A stretch of DNA of 41,275 bases from Seison nebaliae (lineage: Eukaryota), in the NCBI GenBank assembly GCA_023231475.1, contig JALJEE010002539.1:62001-103275 (forward strand). Reading direction: 5' to 3'. Each line of letters begins with the position of its first letter. Within the stretch, counting starts at the first letter, position 1. Position numbers and translations under genes: made by a program. The notes under the pieces are model-generated. The model worked only from the letters and a program-made list of their open reading frames with translations, was not told the origin of the DNA and did not search any database. This document shows positions 12,346 to 25,222 of this stretch, one piece after another.

Positions 12346-15300
12346 ATTCGAAACGAAATGTGTTCGTTTGTGTATTGAAATGAAAATATATGGTTTCTCG
12401 TCTCCTTCTAGTTGGTTTGGTTGTAGGGCTTGCTATTTTCGCCAAACTCTCCTTAATGATTGATGGTAATGATTGGTAATTGTTAATAAGATAACAATTT
12501 TCCGATTATGATGATTCGCGATATTCTGTAATCTTCTTCCTAATAAAACATTTCATTGAATGATTCACTTATGCTTCTGCTCCACACACACATCCGCACA
12601 CACATACATGTCGATATAACATCTCACGATAACGACAAACTGAAAAGATGACGTCGAAATTCACTAACAGTTCTATGAACACGAATTGATACAAACAGTC
12701 AATTTTAAAACGATTAGATATTTCACTCGAGTCGTAAAATGAAAAAGTAGGAAATCAAGAAAATAATTTTTGAGTTGTAAAATAAAATGGTTTTCCCTTC
12801 TCTTCCCTCACAATTATTCACTTCTTAAATAGACACCTCCAAACCTGAAAATCGAAATTAAGTGAAAATTGTTCAAATTGAATTGTCATTTTCAATTTCA
12901 TTTTTTTCATTTATTCGCAAAATTCGTCAATAAAACGAAAAAGGAGAATCGGAAGAATCTGAAACGAACGATAAAGTAAACTGAATAGCCGTAGCGAGGA
13001 GGAAAAGAGAAACATCCCCAATTACTCCAATCGACATGTCGACGATAGAGACGTGACAATCGCATCGCATAATTCTAGTTATCAGATTGTCGACGGCTGT
13101 ATTGATTATTAGAGACACGATTAGATATCGAATTGTATAAATTGTTCAAGAGAAATTTACCTCAACAATTTATTTTGGTTGAAATAAAAAGTTTTCTTAT
13201 TCTTCCCCTGACGAAAACAAAAAAAAAAGACGCTTGTAGTTGTTGGGATTAGTGGGAAAGGATAATTGATTTGATAAGTAATGATAAGTTAGAAATGATG
13301 AAGAAGGAGAACATGTTTATCCCTCCGATCATCAAAATTGAGAAGAAGAAGTGTTTGAATTTGCCATAGGCAATAGAAAGTATAGTGAACTCACTCCATT
13401 CTCTACTAGAGCAAACGAATTGAGGAACTTCATTATCTTATGCGATTATTATCTGTCTTCGCCAATCGACATCATATGAGAAGAAGGAATTCATCTTTGA
13501 AATCGAAGAAGCGAACAACTCTTTTGCCGACGTCTAATTGACCGCTGGTCACAATTACACATCTTATCACATCAACTTGAGTTTGGGAACGTCAGACGAT
13601 AAGTTTATAATGGAATCGACAACAACAATATAATTTACCGACATTTCTCCTCTTCTGCTAATTCGTAATGACGACGAAGGAGAGAGAGAGAGAGAGAAAA
13701 AAAGAAAAATCAAAGTAATTCATCGGCTAGTAGACCACGAAAAGACCACCAATACAATTCATTTGGGAATGAATTGAACATAAAAAAAACGTAGTTCGTA
13801 TTAATCTATTGAAAATGGATAATATTCATTAACATTTACGGAATAGAGAGAATTATTTTTCGGAAAAAAATCGGATAATCGTAAATGAATAACCGCAATA
13901 GCTATCGAAATTTCTCTTTCGATATTGGCGAGTATAATGAAATAAATTGATAATAGCTCCACTAAAATCTACGTATTTAGACAGATGAAATAATACAACT
14001 CATTCAACTCATTTTCGGAAACTGATTTCCACATACCAAAGGACAATTCCAACTCTCATTTCTCCTTCGACCTACAACTCGCCACTCTCAACTTTTCAAT
14101 AAGGACAACTCGTTAGTTTCCCATACGGACATTCCATAAGTCGAGATAACCCCTTTAAATTGTTCAATTAGTTTCATTTCTGAGCGAATCACTTACAATT
14201 CAACCGGAATATTCGTACAGATATCTTATTGTGAGATATCTCAACTATTGTAAATTTTAATTATGACGGCTACTTGTGTAATTGTGTAAAATGATTTCTA
14301 AGGATATTCAATAATCGATCGATAAGAATGACATATTGATAATCTTTCAACCATTTCTGAGAATTATATTATGATGAATGAGAGAGAGTGAGCAGATTGA
14401 TAAGGAATCTGTAATTGACGTCGTATTATTGTGGATAATGAATTGATGTCGTTGATGAGGGGCTGTCCGATGAGACGATGATAGATAAACATTCACCACC
14501 AAATGAGTTGTGCATATATATGTTTATTAGAGTATGTACATAGAGAAATATGGTCTGCATCAAACCTATTAACATATCCGTATTACATTCATATGTGAAG
14601 ACGATCGAAAGAACAGATTTCCGCACCTATGTATCAGAAACGAATGTATTCATTTCGAATAAAATAAACTAATAAATTTATTATTGTCGATTTGACCATG
14701 CGGAGTGCGATACGCATTCTTTCTCCTCCCAATCGCTTCATTCGTCTTTGGGAGAAGGATAGAAATGGTTTGGAAGATTCAAAAAATATACATTATCGAA
14801 TTGACAAATTGATGAGAGGATAATTCCGATGTCTCAATTAAATGAATTGGAATTGGGAGATTGGAAGAGTGAAATGGGAGAATGGATGTTTGAGAATAAT
14901 ATTGGAAGAGAAGTAGATTAATTCGATGAAATGAACACTCGTATAGGAAAGTTATTGGGAACGAACTTTTCTTCATCTGTTCAAGTTGAAGCATTCATTC
15001 TATCCAGTCAGCTGTTCAAAATTAGATCTCTCTACTCATTCATCAATAATCCAATTTATTTCTTCTGTTCTTATTCTGTCATTTCTAATCTCTATTCCAC
15101 CCAAATAGAATCGTCAATTAATTTCGAAAGAACATTGACTGGAAAATAATTATCATAAGAATAAAAATAACAGCTGACAGGATGTCTTCCACAATTAATG
15201 TATATCCACCAAAAATCATGTACATAAGATTCTTCTCCATCAATTCATGTTCATATAAAGAAATCGATTCATTTCCTTTTCTCATCAACTTTATCAAGTG

Positions 15301-16769
15301 CCACCAATCAACAAATTCCTCATGAATAGATTCCGTTGAACCAGAACCGTTCCAATAATTTAATATTTTAAGAATATTTATCCTCCTTATCGTCAGAAGA
15401 AAACCATCAACATTCATCTTATTATCATTCCAAATAACAGATGCATACAAACATTACTAACATTCCTTATTCGTTTCGCTTCTTACCTCTCCAATTATCA
15501 GTTTAACTAGGAAGAATCTCTTATATCTCCCATATCAGAAAGAATGTCGATGTTACAAAATGATGATGATGATGATGATGATACATAAATGCCAGGAACA
15601 TTCACGTGAACCTTACAAGACCTTTTCACTTTATTCATAATTGATAATTGTTTACCTATAACAGAAATAGGAAATTGAAGAAATTTATTTTCGTCATATA
15701 TTCACCCGTCGAATTGAAGATATTGCTCACAATTCACACTCGATTAATTGAATTGTAGAAGCATTTTACATCTTCTATTACTATTACAACGGTTTCGCTT
15801 TCTACTAAATCATTTCACTGTCAATCAAATTTTCGTAATTTTCTCTTATACATCTCAACCGATGTTAAATCGTACTAACCATGACGTCACTGAATTATTC
15901 TCTTCAAATTATATAAAATGTAGAATTTGTCAATTCTTAAAATTTCCATCGTAAAAAAATTTTAATTTCAAATTTAAAAACATTTAGGAGGGCATATACA
16001 AAAAGAGAAGAAGTGATTCTGAAGAACATCTGTTCCTTTGTCCATTTGGGAAGAATTTGAAAAAAGAATGAATAGACATGGAATAAATGAGGTAGATGGA
16101 AAAGATTTGATAAATTAATAATTTATTTTGAGATCTATTCGAATAGTAAGAATATCAGTTTAAATATAAGTTAGGATGATTTATTCTTCCCATATCTATT
16201 TACAATAATCAGTTGATGAGAAGTGAATGATTGTTCATTCGTTATGTATTTGGCATAACGATCAATTTGATTTGCCATCATTTCACCAGTTCTAACGGTT
16301 GTGCCATTTGATGAACTTTCACTTTCTCACATGCTTATCATGATCATTCTTCATGATTTTCACAGAACATTTATCCGAAAGATGATCGGGATGAATAGGA
16401 AATGTGAAAAGGAAATTGGGTTTCTCTTCAAAATTAATTTATCTTCCTCATTTTAATGGAAATATCTCCATCTCACATTATCTGTGTATGGGAAGAAGGG
16501 AAGAAAGAAATGACGATTCTCACAATATTCATCGTGTCATAAAAATGCTTCTTCATATGGAGTGGAAATATTTCGCTCCCTCCTCTAATAACAAACGATT
16601 TGAGAATGGAATTTTTGATTATTTTCATTTGAGCAAAAAAATGTGAATAACATGTTGGGAAGTGGAAAAAAAGAGAAATTATCAGAATAAACAAGAATTT
16701 TATTCGCAATAAAAGCAAAGTGGGAGAGGTAAAAGAGGAGATGAAAGACGAGATATATCGTTAAACATG

Positions 16770-18728
16770 TCAGTTGATCTTCTCATTCATTCTCTCATGA
16801 ATAGAAGGCAAGTAATTCTTGAGGTCGTAGCGCAACTTTATAGTTTTCCTCAACCAACGATGTATGGGCTGATGTAGGAGTGTGGCAGAGAGTTCGTTCA
16901 ATTCCGTTTTCCCGTCATTCAACGAAAATATTCCGATATCGATCTCCATTTTCTTCATTCGATTTCTCCTTTTCTTCGGGAAGAAATCGATGAGAATTAA
17001 ACGACTCTCAATAAAGAAATGTAGATGGAAGATATAACTATCAATGGAAATGATCTCCAAACCATTCTGACGACGATTCATTTTGAAATCTTCATAACAA
17101 GCCAGTACAGTAAATCGATGAGGAATCTCACCGTTCGTTATGGTTTTATTGATGTTCCGTTTGAAACCATTGATGAGATTAGTGAAAATAGAGAACTTGA
17201 TGTCGGAACACTCTTTGATTATGATGTGACCACGAAATGAATTCGATTCTTCGATACATCTTTTCGCATCGAACACGTTGGCAATGCGGATTTCATATGA
17301 TTTCTTCTCATACCGTCCTAACGATTCGAATTCATTAATGAGATTCAAAATAACTTTCGATGTGATTGAGAGAACTTTTCTTGCATCACCAGCAGATAAT
17401 GCAACAGACTTCGTTATTAATTGTAAGGCATCTTTATTCAACGGTAATTCACCACATAATTTACGTTGCTTAGCAACCGAATTCAATCTCGTCATTATAA
17501 TATCTTTCAATTCTTGATCATTATATGTAGTGAATTCGATTCTTATCGATCCAGTTCGACTATTGTTGCGGAGAGCTAAGATACGTTCAGGTAGATTTAC
17601 TGTATTAGAAATGATGATAAGTGAAAATTTCGAATTGTCCAGTTGTGCCCAAGTCATAATATTGTAGATGGCGTCTTGTTTCTTCGTATAAAGAACATCG
17701 ACTTCATCGATCATGAGAAAGACATGAGGAAAGTTAATAGAATGAAATCGATGAAGGAACAATTCGTCGAGAAGATGGAAAGCGGAAATTGCCGATTTCT
17801 TCTCACCACATAACTCGAAATAGATTTGAGAGTAAATGTCTTTCGGATTCGTCAATTCGAGAGCATTGATCGCTATGTATATGAATTGAGGACATTGAGC
17901 GTCATCTCCACGAACGAAACATGACATCGCATCTCGGAAGACTAACGTTTTTCCTGTTCCTGGAACTCCACTTAAATATATTATGGAATTCTGACGATTA
18001 TCTAACGACGTAACGATGAACCAGCAAATCTTTTCGAATTCCTTCTGTCTGCCAGCAATATCGCCATTTAATTTTGATAATTGAAGCGATTTTATACATC
18101 GATAATAGTAATCGATTCGTATTAAATTTTCATTCGGTTTCTTCTTATTTCTCTTATTTCGGATGGAGATACGATTTAAATTCTCTCGAATCTCTTCATC
18201 ATCTTCATCAATCAACACATTCATCTCATTCAATAACTTTCTCATTGAATTACTCATATATCTTTTTTCTTTTTTATCATATAAATGATATTTGATTCGT
18301 TGGAAGAATTCATTAAATCTTTTCTCCATTCCCTTCTTTTTCGTTGTCGTCGTTTTCGTCTCTATCACTTCTTCTTCTTCATCATCATCATCATCATCAT
18401 CATCATCTTCTTCTTCTTCTTCTTCTTCTTCTTCGCTGGTCAATTGAATCTCTTCAACAATTTTTTCCATTAAATTTTCTTTTTCCTTTTTTGCTTTTTC
18501 ATTAGGAATAACTATTATTGAATCATCATAATCCGATTTTAAATTACAATCATATCGATCCCTCTCATCATCACTGGAAGAATTTTTTAATTTTTTTACA
18601 TTCCGTCTCGGTCGACAACATTGTAAATTAATCTTCTCTTTCGCTATTAATCCACAAGTTCTCGCCCGTCTCAATGGCGTACTGTTACACTGGGAACTGA
18701 TTCGTCGATAGATGTCCTTCCGATCCAT
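16770..18728 (-). CDS. ORC1: Origin recognition complex subunit 1 (ORC1/CDC6-family AAA+), single exon
   Basis: GRQKEF, IYLSGVPGTGKT (Walker A), YIAINALELTNPKDIY, LMIDEVDVLYTKKQDAIYNIMTW (Walker B), ISNTVNLPERIL and SAGDARKVL, with an acidic/basic disordered N-terminus. Confidence 0.88.
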   Translation of the reverse strand: MDRKDIYRRISSQCNSTPLRRARTCGLIAKEKINLQCCRPRRNVKKLKNSSSDDERDRYDCNLKSDYDDSIIVIPNEKAKKEKENLMEKIVEEIQLTSEEEEEEEEEDDDDDDDDDEEEEVIETKTTTTKKKGMEKRFNEFFQRIKYHLYDKKEKRYMSNSMRKLLNEMNVLIDEDDEEIRENLNRISIRNKRNKKKPNENLIRIDYYYRCIKSLQLSKLNGDIAGRQKEFEKICWFIVTSLDNRQNSIIYLSGVPGTGKTLVFRDAMSCFVRGDDAQCPQFIYIAINALELTNPKDIYSQIYFELCGEKKSAISAFHLLDELFLHRFHSINFPHVFLMIDEVDVLYTKKQDAIYNIMTWAQLDNSKFSLIIISNTVNLPERILALRNNSRTGSIRIEFTTYNDQELKDIIMTRLNSVAKQRKLCGELPLNKDALQLITKSVALSAGDARKVLSITSKVILNLINEFESLGRYEKKSYEIRIANVFDAKRCIEESNSFRGHIIIKECSDIKFSIFTNLINGFKRNINKTITNGEIPHRFTVLACYEDFKMNRRQNGLEIISIDSYIFHLHFFIESRLILIDFFPKKRRNRMKKMEIDIGIFSLNDGKTELNELSATLLHQPIHRWLRKTIKLRYDLKNYLPSIHERMNEKIN

Positions 18729-18889
18729 TTACAACAAGCCTACAATTAAAATGATGCGTTCAATTTCCATTTCTCATATTGTCGTTCATAAATAATTCTT
18801 CAGTTTCTCGAAGAGAATTTTCTCACAGAAACATTCAGTTCTTTCCTTCTCTCAATTTCAATTTATTTAATAAGAAATTCAATAAACTA

Positions 18890-20539
18890 TCATTTTATTA
18901 TTTGAATAGATAATTGATTGTGTACATGAGTTAATGAAAAAAATTTAGAGACACTTAATCCGAGATAAACAATCGAATATTGACCAGTAGTCGTCGTTAC
19001 ATTCCGATTTTCGAATACTTTCATACATTCTACAATCAATCCCCATATTTTCACCAGAAATTCATGCATATTCGGCCATCTACTCTTACTGTCGATCTGA
19101 CCACATTTAGACGTTCTTAACATATGTGCCATCATATTTCGATCAAATCGAGCACCATATTCATTCTCATCCGTTACTATGGCAATGGCGACAGTTAAAG
19201 AACTAGCACGACGATTCGTTTCTTGTTCATTTCTTTTGAGACGTCGAATTAAATCACAAGTCAAAATTTCGACGTTATATTGTAATTTCTCGATGGAGTC
19301 GATGATATCTCGAACTGGAAAATTTCGACTAATTCCAACACTTTTCGCCGCTTCACGAACTTTCACTTCGTCAACACAAATCCCTTTAGCCACTAATTTC
19401 AACCAGTTTACTTGGTTTATCGAGAAATGGTTATTCAATTCATCTAAATTAGAATGAGCCAAATCCTGCAAATTTCTTATATTTAAATTCTCCTCTAAAT
19501 ACTTTCCGTTTTTACCTCCTAAAAACGGTATTTTTCTCACCGGAATAGATCGAAATAGTTTCTCTTTCAAATATTTGGGAATCATCACTTGTTGATTCGG
19601 CTTCTTCATTCCACACGCCAATTTCGCCAACATTTTATTGTCGGACAAACCACCCGAACATTCCAATTCATTTTTCTCCAAAATTAAATTTCTGATTTTC
19701 TTCAAATAATCATTGCCGAAAAATAGATGTAATTCACCTACTGGACATAGACGAAGAGAATAATCCATCGAATTTTCAAACGATGTTACAAAATTATCTT
19801 CGTTTCCTTCTATGTGGGAGTCGACGGCGAAATATTCGAGTGAAGTTAAAGTTAAATGAATTTCCTTATAAATTAAACTCACAAGATATTCATGTTCCGT
19901 CTCAGTAATGAAATAATAGAAAGTTTCTTCAATACACTTCTTCCTATTCTTCTTACATTCCCTAATTACTTTCAATCGTTCAATCTCTTCTTCCGAATTA
20001 CTCAAAATTAAATTGACCAATCTCAAAATTGACAAATTCGTCAAATCCATAAAAGTTTCATCGACACTCGCTTCCTGACAAACGGCCAATGAATTTTTCC
20101 AATAAATCGATTTCTTCAAATCCATCAAAATCGTCTCATTCTCCTTAAATTTCTCTTCCAACTTCAATTTATTATTTTCTTCTTCTTCTTTCAAATAAAT
20201 TTCTATAGTTTCGTTGAATGCTTTGCACGTCTTCTTATATTTGTCGAATCCTCCATGATCATTAATATCGAAAACTATTAAGGAAGGACAAGCTCTTTTA
20301 GCTTTATCAATTGTGAAACCATATTTGGGAATACCAGCTCTTCTTGCTTCATAATTCGTTGCAACTATTCCACCTCCACCAAATCCACCTAATTTACCTC
20401 CCACGACTGCTGGTAAACCTTTCGTTTCCTTCTCTCGAACTTGTTCCACTTGAACGAAATAACAGTCCATGTCGATGATACCGATACATCTGGAAAATAT
20501 TTGTTCCACCACCAAACTGTTATGTATTATATTCTCCAT
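18890..20539 (-). CDS. POLH: Y-family DNA polymerase eta, single exon
   Basis: IDMDCYFVQVEQ (motif I), GGGIVATNYEAR, ASVDETFMDLT, CSGGLSDNKMLAKLACGMKKPNQQ, LGGK (HhH) and KSVGISRNF (little finger). First ATG at 20539. Confidence 0.9.
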   Translation of the reverse strand: MENIIHNSLVVEQIFSRCIGIIDMDCYFVQVEQVREKETKGLPAVVGGKLGGFGGGGIVATNYEARRAGIPKYGFTIDKAKRACPSLIVFDINDHGGFDKYKKTCKAFNETIEIYLKEEEENNKLKLEEKFKENETILMDLKKSIYWKNSLAVCQEASVDETFMDLTNLSILRLVNLILSNSEEEIERLKVIRECKKNRKKCIEETFYYFITETEHEYLVSLIYKEIHLTLTSLEYFAVDSHIEGNEDNFVTSFENSMDYSLRLCPVGELHLFFGNDYLKKIRNLILEKNELECSGGLSDNKMLAKLACGMKKPNQQVMIPKYLKEKLFRSIPVRKIPFLGGKNGKYLEENLNIRNLQDLAHSNLDELNNHFSINQVNWLKLVAKGICVDEVKVREAAKSVGISRNFPVRDIIDSIEKLQYNVEILTCDLIRRLKRNEQETNRRASSLTVAIAIVTDENEYGARFDRNMMAHMLRTSKCGQIDSKSRWPNMHEFLVKIWGLIVECMKVFENRNVTTTTGQYSIVYLGLSVSKFFSLTHVHNQLSIQIIK

Positions 20540-20808
20540 CACTTCTTAATTCTACTCTATAAAGCTAATTCTATAAATCATTTCGTTTCCACGACGATTC
20601 CAACCCAATAAATTTCGCATTTCTTTAAAAAAATTCATAAGAATTCTCAATCCATTTAATAATTTCCCTCAGATGACTTTTCTTTCTCTCGTCGACGTCA
20701 ACTGCGTCAACCAAAACAAAGATGTTGAACAATTGTTTCTGATGTTTCTTATACAAAATTTAATATTGATAAGCGAAATAAAATTTTAAGAAACGGAAAT
20801 AGTTTATT

Positions 20809-20880
20809 GGTTCTATGGTGTAGCGGTGAGCACTCTGGACTTTGAATCCAGCGACCCGAGTTCGAATCTCGGTAGGACCT
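20809..20880 (+). tRNA. trnQ-TTG: tRNA-Gln, anticodon TTG
   Basis: 72 nt GGTTCTATGGTGTAGCGG...CTGGAC TTTG AATCCAG...CCGAGTTCGAATCTCGGTAGGACCT. Acceptor, anticodon and T stems pair; A and B boxes present; T5 Pol III terminator at 20884-20888. Confidence 0.96.
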
Positions 20881-21746
20881 GAATTTTTCGACTTATAATT
20901 TGTATTTCAATTCATTTTAGGATTTACTCTTCATCCTATTCTCTTATTATGTTACTAAAGAACTTGTAAGGTACAGATAAATTTGTAGGAATCAAAAAAT
21001 AAACGATTAGACAACAATTCACACATTGAAAATTCCAGTAGTTAAGAAGAGTGCTTATCAATACTTAAGTTTAGGTTACTTAACGTTATCAACAAGTCTA
21101 AAAGTATTAGTAGTCTCCTTTCCAACTTTTCCCAAGAATAATTTGAACTAAAAAAAGAAGTATAGAATTTCACTTATTTTAACATTGTCTGGATCATTGG
21201 AGAATTGGTATGGGTACTCTCAAAAAATCTCAGAGATACAGGAGTATATTTCTGCAATTTCCTTAGAAAGACATTCCAGAATATCAAAATGATCAAGAGA
21301 GAACTTGCCCGAACCGCAATTAGAACAAGTATGCGATTTCCTCAAATATTTTCGGAGCAATTATCAGATTTTCAAAAATACAAATTCATCGAGACACTAT
21401 GATCATTATTATTATTGTTAGTTCATTTTTTTTTAAATCAGAAATTTCTTATACGTATAAAGCTTATTTTAATCATTTAAAAATTGGTGACTTAAATTAA
21501 TGTATGTATTAACTCAACGTTTATTTGATTAAAATTCATCAACTTCTTTTCCCACTCGAGAAATAATTGTGTTAAAAATCAGTATGACTGTCAATAGATG
21601 GAATCAATTAAGTTATAGAAATATTATGAAGCAGAAATTCTGTAAATTGATTTAGTGAATTTAAAGAAAGGTAATATTGGATATAATCTTCTGCAGATAC
21701 CGGAATGGGAGATGGTATATGGAAATGATGGAATTGTTAATAACAG

Positions 21747-24285
21747 TTAATCAGATTCATCTTCACTCGAACCATATATAGCATTATTAGCAGCTATTGA
21801 TGGTGTTTGTGTAATTGATTCTCCTAATGACTCTAACAATTCCGTTCGATAATCATCAAAATCACCATTCAATTCAACTATCTTCTGATCTTCGATAATC
21901 CATAATTGACAATTGATATCAGTAATTAGACGTTCGTCGTGACTAACGATAACGACGCCACCATCGAACTTCTTGATTGCATCAGCTAGAGCATCGATCG
22001 ATTCTAAATCCAAATTATTTGTAGGTTCGTCCAATATCAAAACATCTGGACCACTCAATATGAGATGTGCAAGTGCAACTCTTGCTTTTTGACCGCCACT
22101 TAAATCTTTAATTTTGACATTGTGAGCAAAACTAGGAAGACCTACAGATCCCAAAGATTTCCTCGCTTTCTCATTTGGTAAATTGAAGACTTTCATGATG
22201 AATTCAACTGCCTTTAATTCCAATTCCAATTGATCTCCACTATGTTGATCGAATCGTCCTGAAAAGAATTAGGAAAAAATTTGAATTTAAATTAAATATT
22301 AAAAAACCGATTTTCAATCGATGATTAATACGTTGTTCTCCTTTCGTCGGTTCGATATCACCACAAAGTAATTTGATGAACGTCGTTTTTCCCACACCAT
22401 TTGGACCGATGACGGCGACTAAAATTGGAATGACGATGAGAAAATGTGTAGAAAATTACCAACTTCGACTATCCATATCAATACCAAAATTTAAATCGAC
22501 AAACAACGCTTTCTGATTTTCGTAAGCGAAATGAACATCATGTAATCCGAGAATTGGTGGATGGAGTAACGACGTTTCAGGAAAACGGAATTTCACCACA
22601 TATTCTCTCGGTTTCTTTAACAATTCACCATCTTTATTATTAACATTATCGTCATCATTCATTAATTTAGATTTCTGTTTATTCTTCTGTTGTTTTCTAG
22701 TTTGAATTTCTTTTTGTTTCTTTTCAGCATTCGCTTTCGTTTTCCCGCATGCTTTCAACTCTTTTATTCGTTTCTCTTGTTTCTCATATTCTTTCAATTG
22801 CTCTCGTCGACAATGTTTCAACATCTTTTTAAACATCGAATAATTCCCTCGATAATAGAAGAGTTTCTGATTATCCAAATGAATGATATCACTGCAAATG
22901 TTATCTAAAAAATTCTGGTCGTGAGAAACGATGAGAAGAGAATTCTTCCATTGTTGTAAATAATGATTGAGCCAAATGACGGCATTCAAATCAAGATGAT
23001 TCGTCGGTTCATCCAACAACAACAATTTCGGTTCCATGAAAAGTGCTTTAGCGAGAGAAACTCTCATTCTCCATCCACCCGAAAATTTTTTTGTTGGACG
23101 TTCGATCATTTCTTCATTGAATCCCAAACCTCTCAAAATACGACGAGCTTTACTCTCTAATGAATCGATATTGATAGCATTCATTTCATCATAAATTTCT
23201 CGTAATCGATTAACGGTGGTTGGATCATTCGATTTACTCAATCTTTTCTCCTCCTCCATTAATTGATTTCGTTCCGTATCAGCATTTAATAGAACATCGA
23301 TAGCTCTCGTTTCATCTGCTACTACTTCTTGCTCACACAATAATACTTGAATATGAGATGGAATATGTAATTTCTTCTCAGCAATATGTAACAATAACGT
23401 CGATTTTCCTTTTCCATTCGGTCCCACCAAACCATATCGACGGTTTTCTACAATTTGCAATGTTGCATTAATGAAGAGATCGATACCTTTGGCAGAAATG
23501 GAGAAATTATCAATTTTTATATTTTTCTCCAATTCACTCCGTTTTTCATTGGAGGCTTGAGAGATAGCAAAATTGGTAGTGGCACCAAGTTCCTTTTGTT
23601 CTTTCTCCAAATTCTCTTTCTTTTTCAATTTCTTCAATTCTTTCTTTGATAATTTTATTTTTATCTTCCCTTCTTCTTCTTTCTTCTCATTTTCTATTTT
23701 TATTTCTTCTTCTTCAACTTCTTCTTCCATCTCCTCCTCCATCACTCTCATCTCGTCTTTCTCCTCATTTTTTTCTTCTAATTCTTGTTTTTTCATTTGA
23801 TCGAAAATATCGATATGTTCATGTTTCTCTTCTCGATTCTTGCCATTCCGTCGATTTTTCTTATTCTTTTTCTTTTGTTTAATTTCATTCATTTCATCAT
23901 CTTTCGTCACTTCAATCGTCTCGTCACCTTGACCATCATCATCTTTCACCGTTTCTTCCACTTCTTCTACTTCTTCTTTCTTTCCCTTATTCTTCTTTTT
24001 CTTCGTCTTTTTAGAACTTATCACAGTTTCATCTTCTTTCATATCAGAAACATCGAGATTCGTTGTCGTTGTTGTGGTCGTCAATTCGTCATCATCCTCT
24101 TTCATTTGTTGTTTCTTCTTGTTTTTATTCTTTTTCTTTGATGCCATTCCACCAGTTGTCTGAGGAGCATATTCGTCCACAATATTTGCCTCGTTCATCA
24201 ACCTCTGTAATTGTTCGAAATATTTATCTTCCTCTTCATCATCACTTCCTTTATTTCCCTTCTTATTCTTATTCTTTTTACCCAT
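21747..24285 (-). CDS. ABCF1: ATP-binding cassette subfamily F member 1 (ABC50), 3 exons
   Basis: Exons 24285-22464, 22418-22308, 22258-21747; introns 22419-22463 (45 nt, GTTGGT) and 22259-22307 (49 nt, GTTTTT). Two ABC domains ([24 protein letters not shown] and [24 protein letters not shown]), [12 protein letters not shown] linker, Lys/Glu-rich N-terminus, no transmembrane segments. Confidence 0.93.
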
Positions 24286-25045
24286 TTTCACTCAATCAAT
24301 TTATTTTAATTATTTAAGAAAAAAAAAGAAAATTTCATAAATTTTCAAAGATACAAATCCCTTTTATAATAAGAGATGAAACAGTTGTTGTTTTTATTAA
24401 GCAACCATTTTGTCATACACTTCGAGGAGCTTTTTATTCATCTTGAAATTTCCTTACAAAATGTTCACGAACGTTCACAAAATGTTTAATTAGAATTATT
24501 CTCTCAATTTCACATGTTCGAATGTTTTAGCTTTTCTTTTTCCATCCTCTCTCAACCTCTGCCTCATTCAGAAATTAACAATCGTCTCTTTAATCTATTT
24601 TATTTTAATTTTATTATAAAATCAAATCCCCTCGGAGTAAATTAAAAAGAAAATGAGATAGATCATTTTATATGTTATCAGTGATAAGTTTTCTTCCAAT
24701 GACGATTTCATCTCTTAAATATTCTGGAATATGAGAAGTAATATCGAAATTAGATAAAATGTAAAGAGAATCATCGAAAGATTCACCAACATCAACCGAA
24801 TAGTAAGAACAAAAAAAGATAACCGGATTGAAAAAATCTTTACACTTGAAATAAGATTCCTCAATAGACTGGATTACTTTCAAATATCTTTGAACAGGGG
24901 GACAGAGAATTCGGAGATGCGACTTTTAAGACTTTGAAGCAATTTAAACTAATTGTAGTCTGATTTTAACAAACTATTTTTTATTTTAATTTGATTAATT
25001 AATAGTGAAAAAATCGATCGACCCTTCCAGTTCCAACGTATATAC

Positions 25046-25222
25046 CAGGGATGGCCATAAGGATTTTTCATTTGGATTTTTTATGTGTATAAGGATAATA
25101 ATTAGAAAAGAACAGTCTGCAAATAGTCTGTTTTATCAAACCTTTAGGTGGCCACGGAAGGATTTCTTTGGATTTTTTTACTCTCCAACTCCAATAGAAC
25201 GAAATCCAAATGGCCATCCCTG
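25046..25222. mobile_element. 177-bp non-autonomous DNA transposon (MITE), hAT-like
   Basis: TIRs CAGGGATGGCCATaaGGATTT (from 25046) and AAATCCaaATGGCCATCCCTG (to 25222): outer 13 bp perfect, 19/21 overall. Flanks GTATATAC (25038-25045) and GTATACAC (25223-25230) form an 8-bp TSD with one mismatch. CAG ends plus an 8-bp TSD are typical of hAT. Confidence 0.8.

Noticed and set aside
15118..15450. 110-aa ORF as a retrotransposon gag/pol fragment
   Set aside because: No RT, integrase or zinc-knuckle motif could be identified.
18729..18889. POLH-ORC1 fusion protein by splicing
   Set aside because: An in-frame TAA lies between the acceptor and the ORC1 ATG.
22690..24317. Many Phe/Leu/Ser-rich plus-strand ORFs
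   Set aside because: Antisense shadows of the Lys/Glu-rich ABCF1 coding strand; the same applies to antisense ORFs over IQCA1, EFHD, ORC1, NUP50 and KIFBP.
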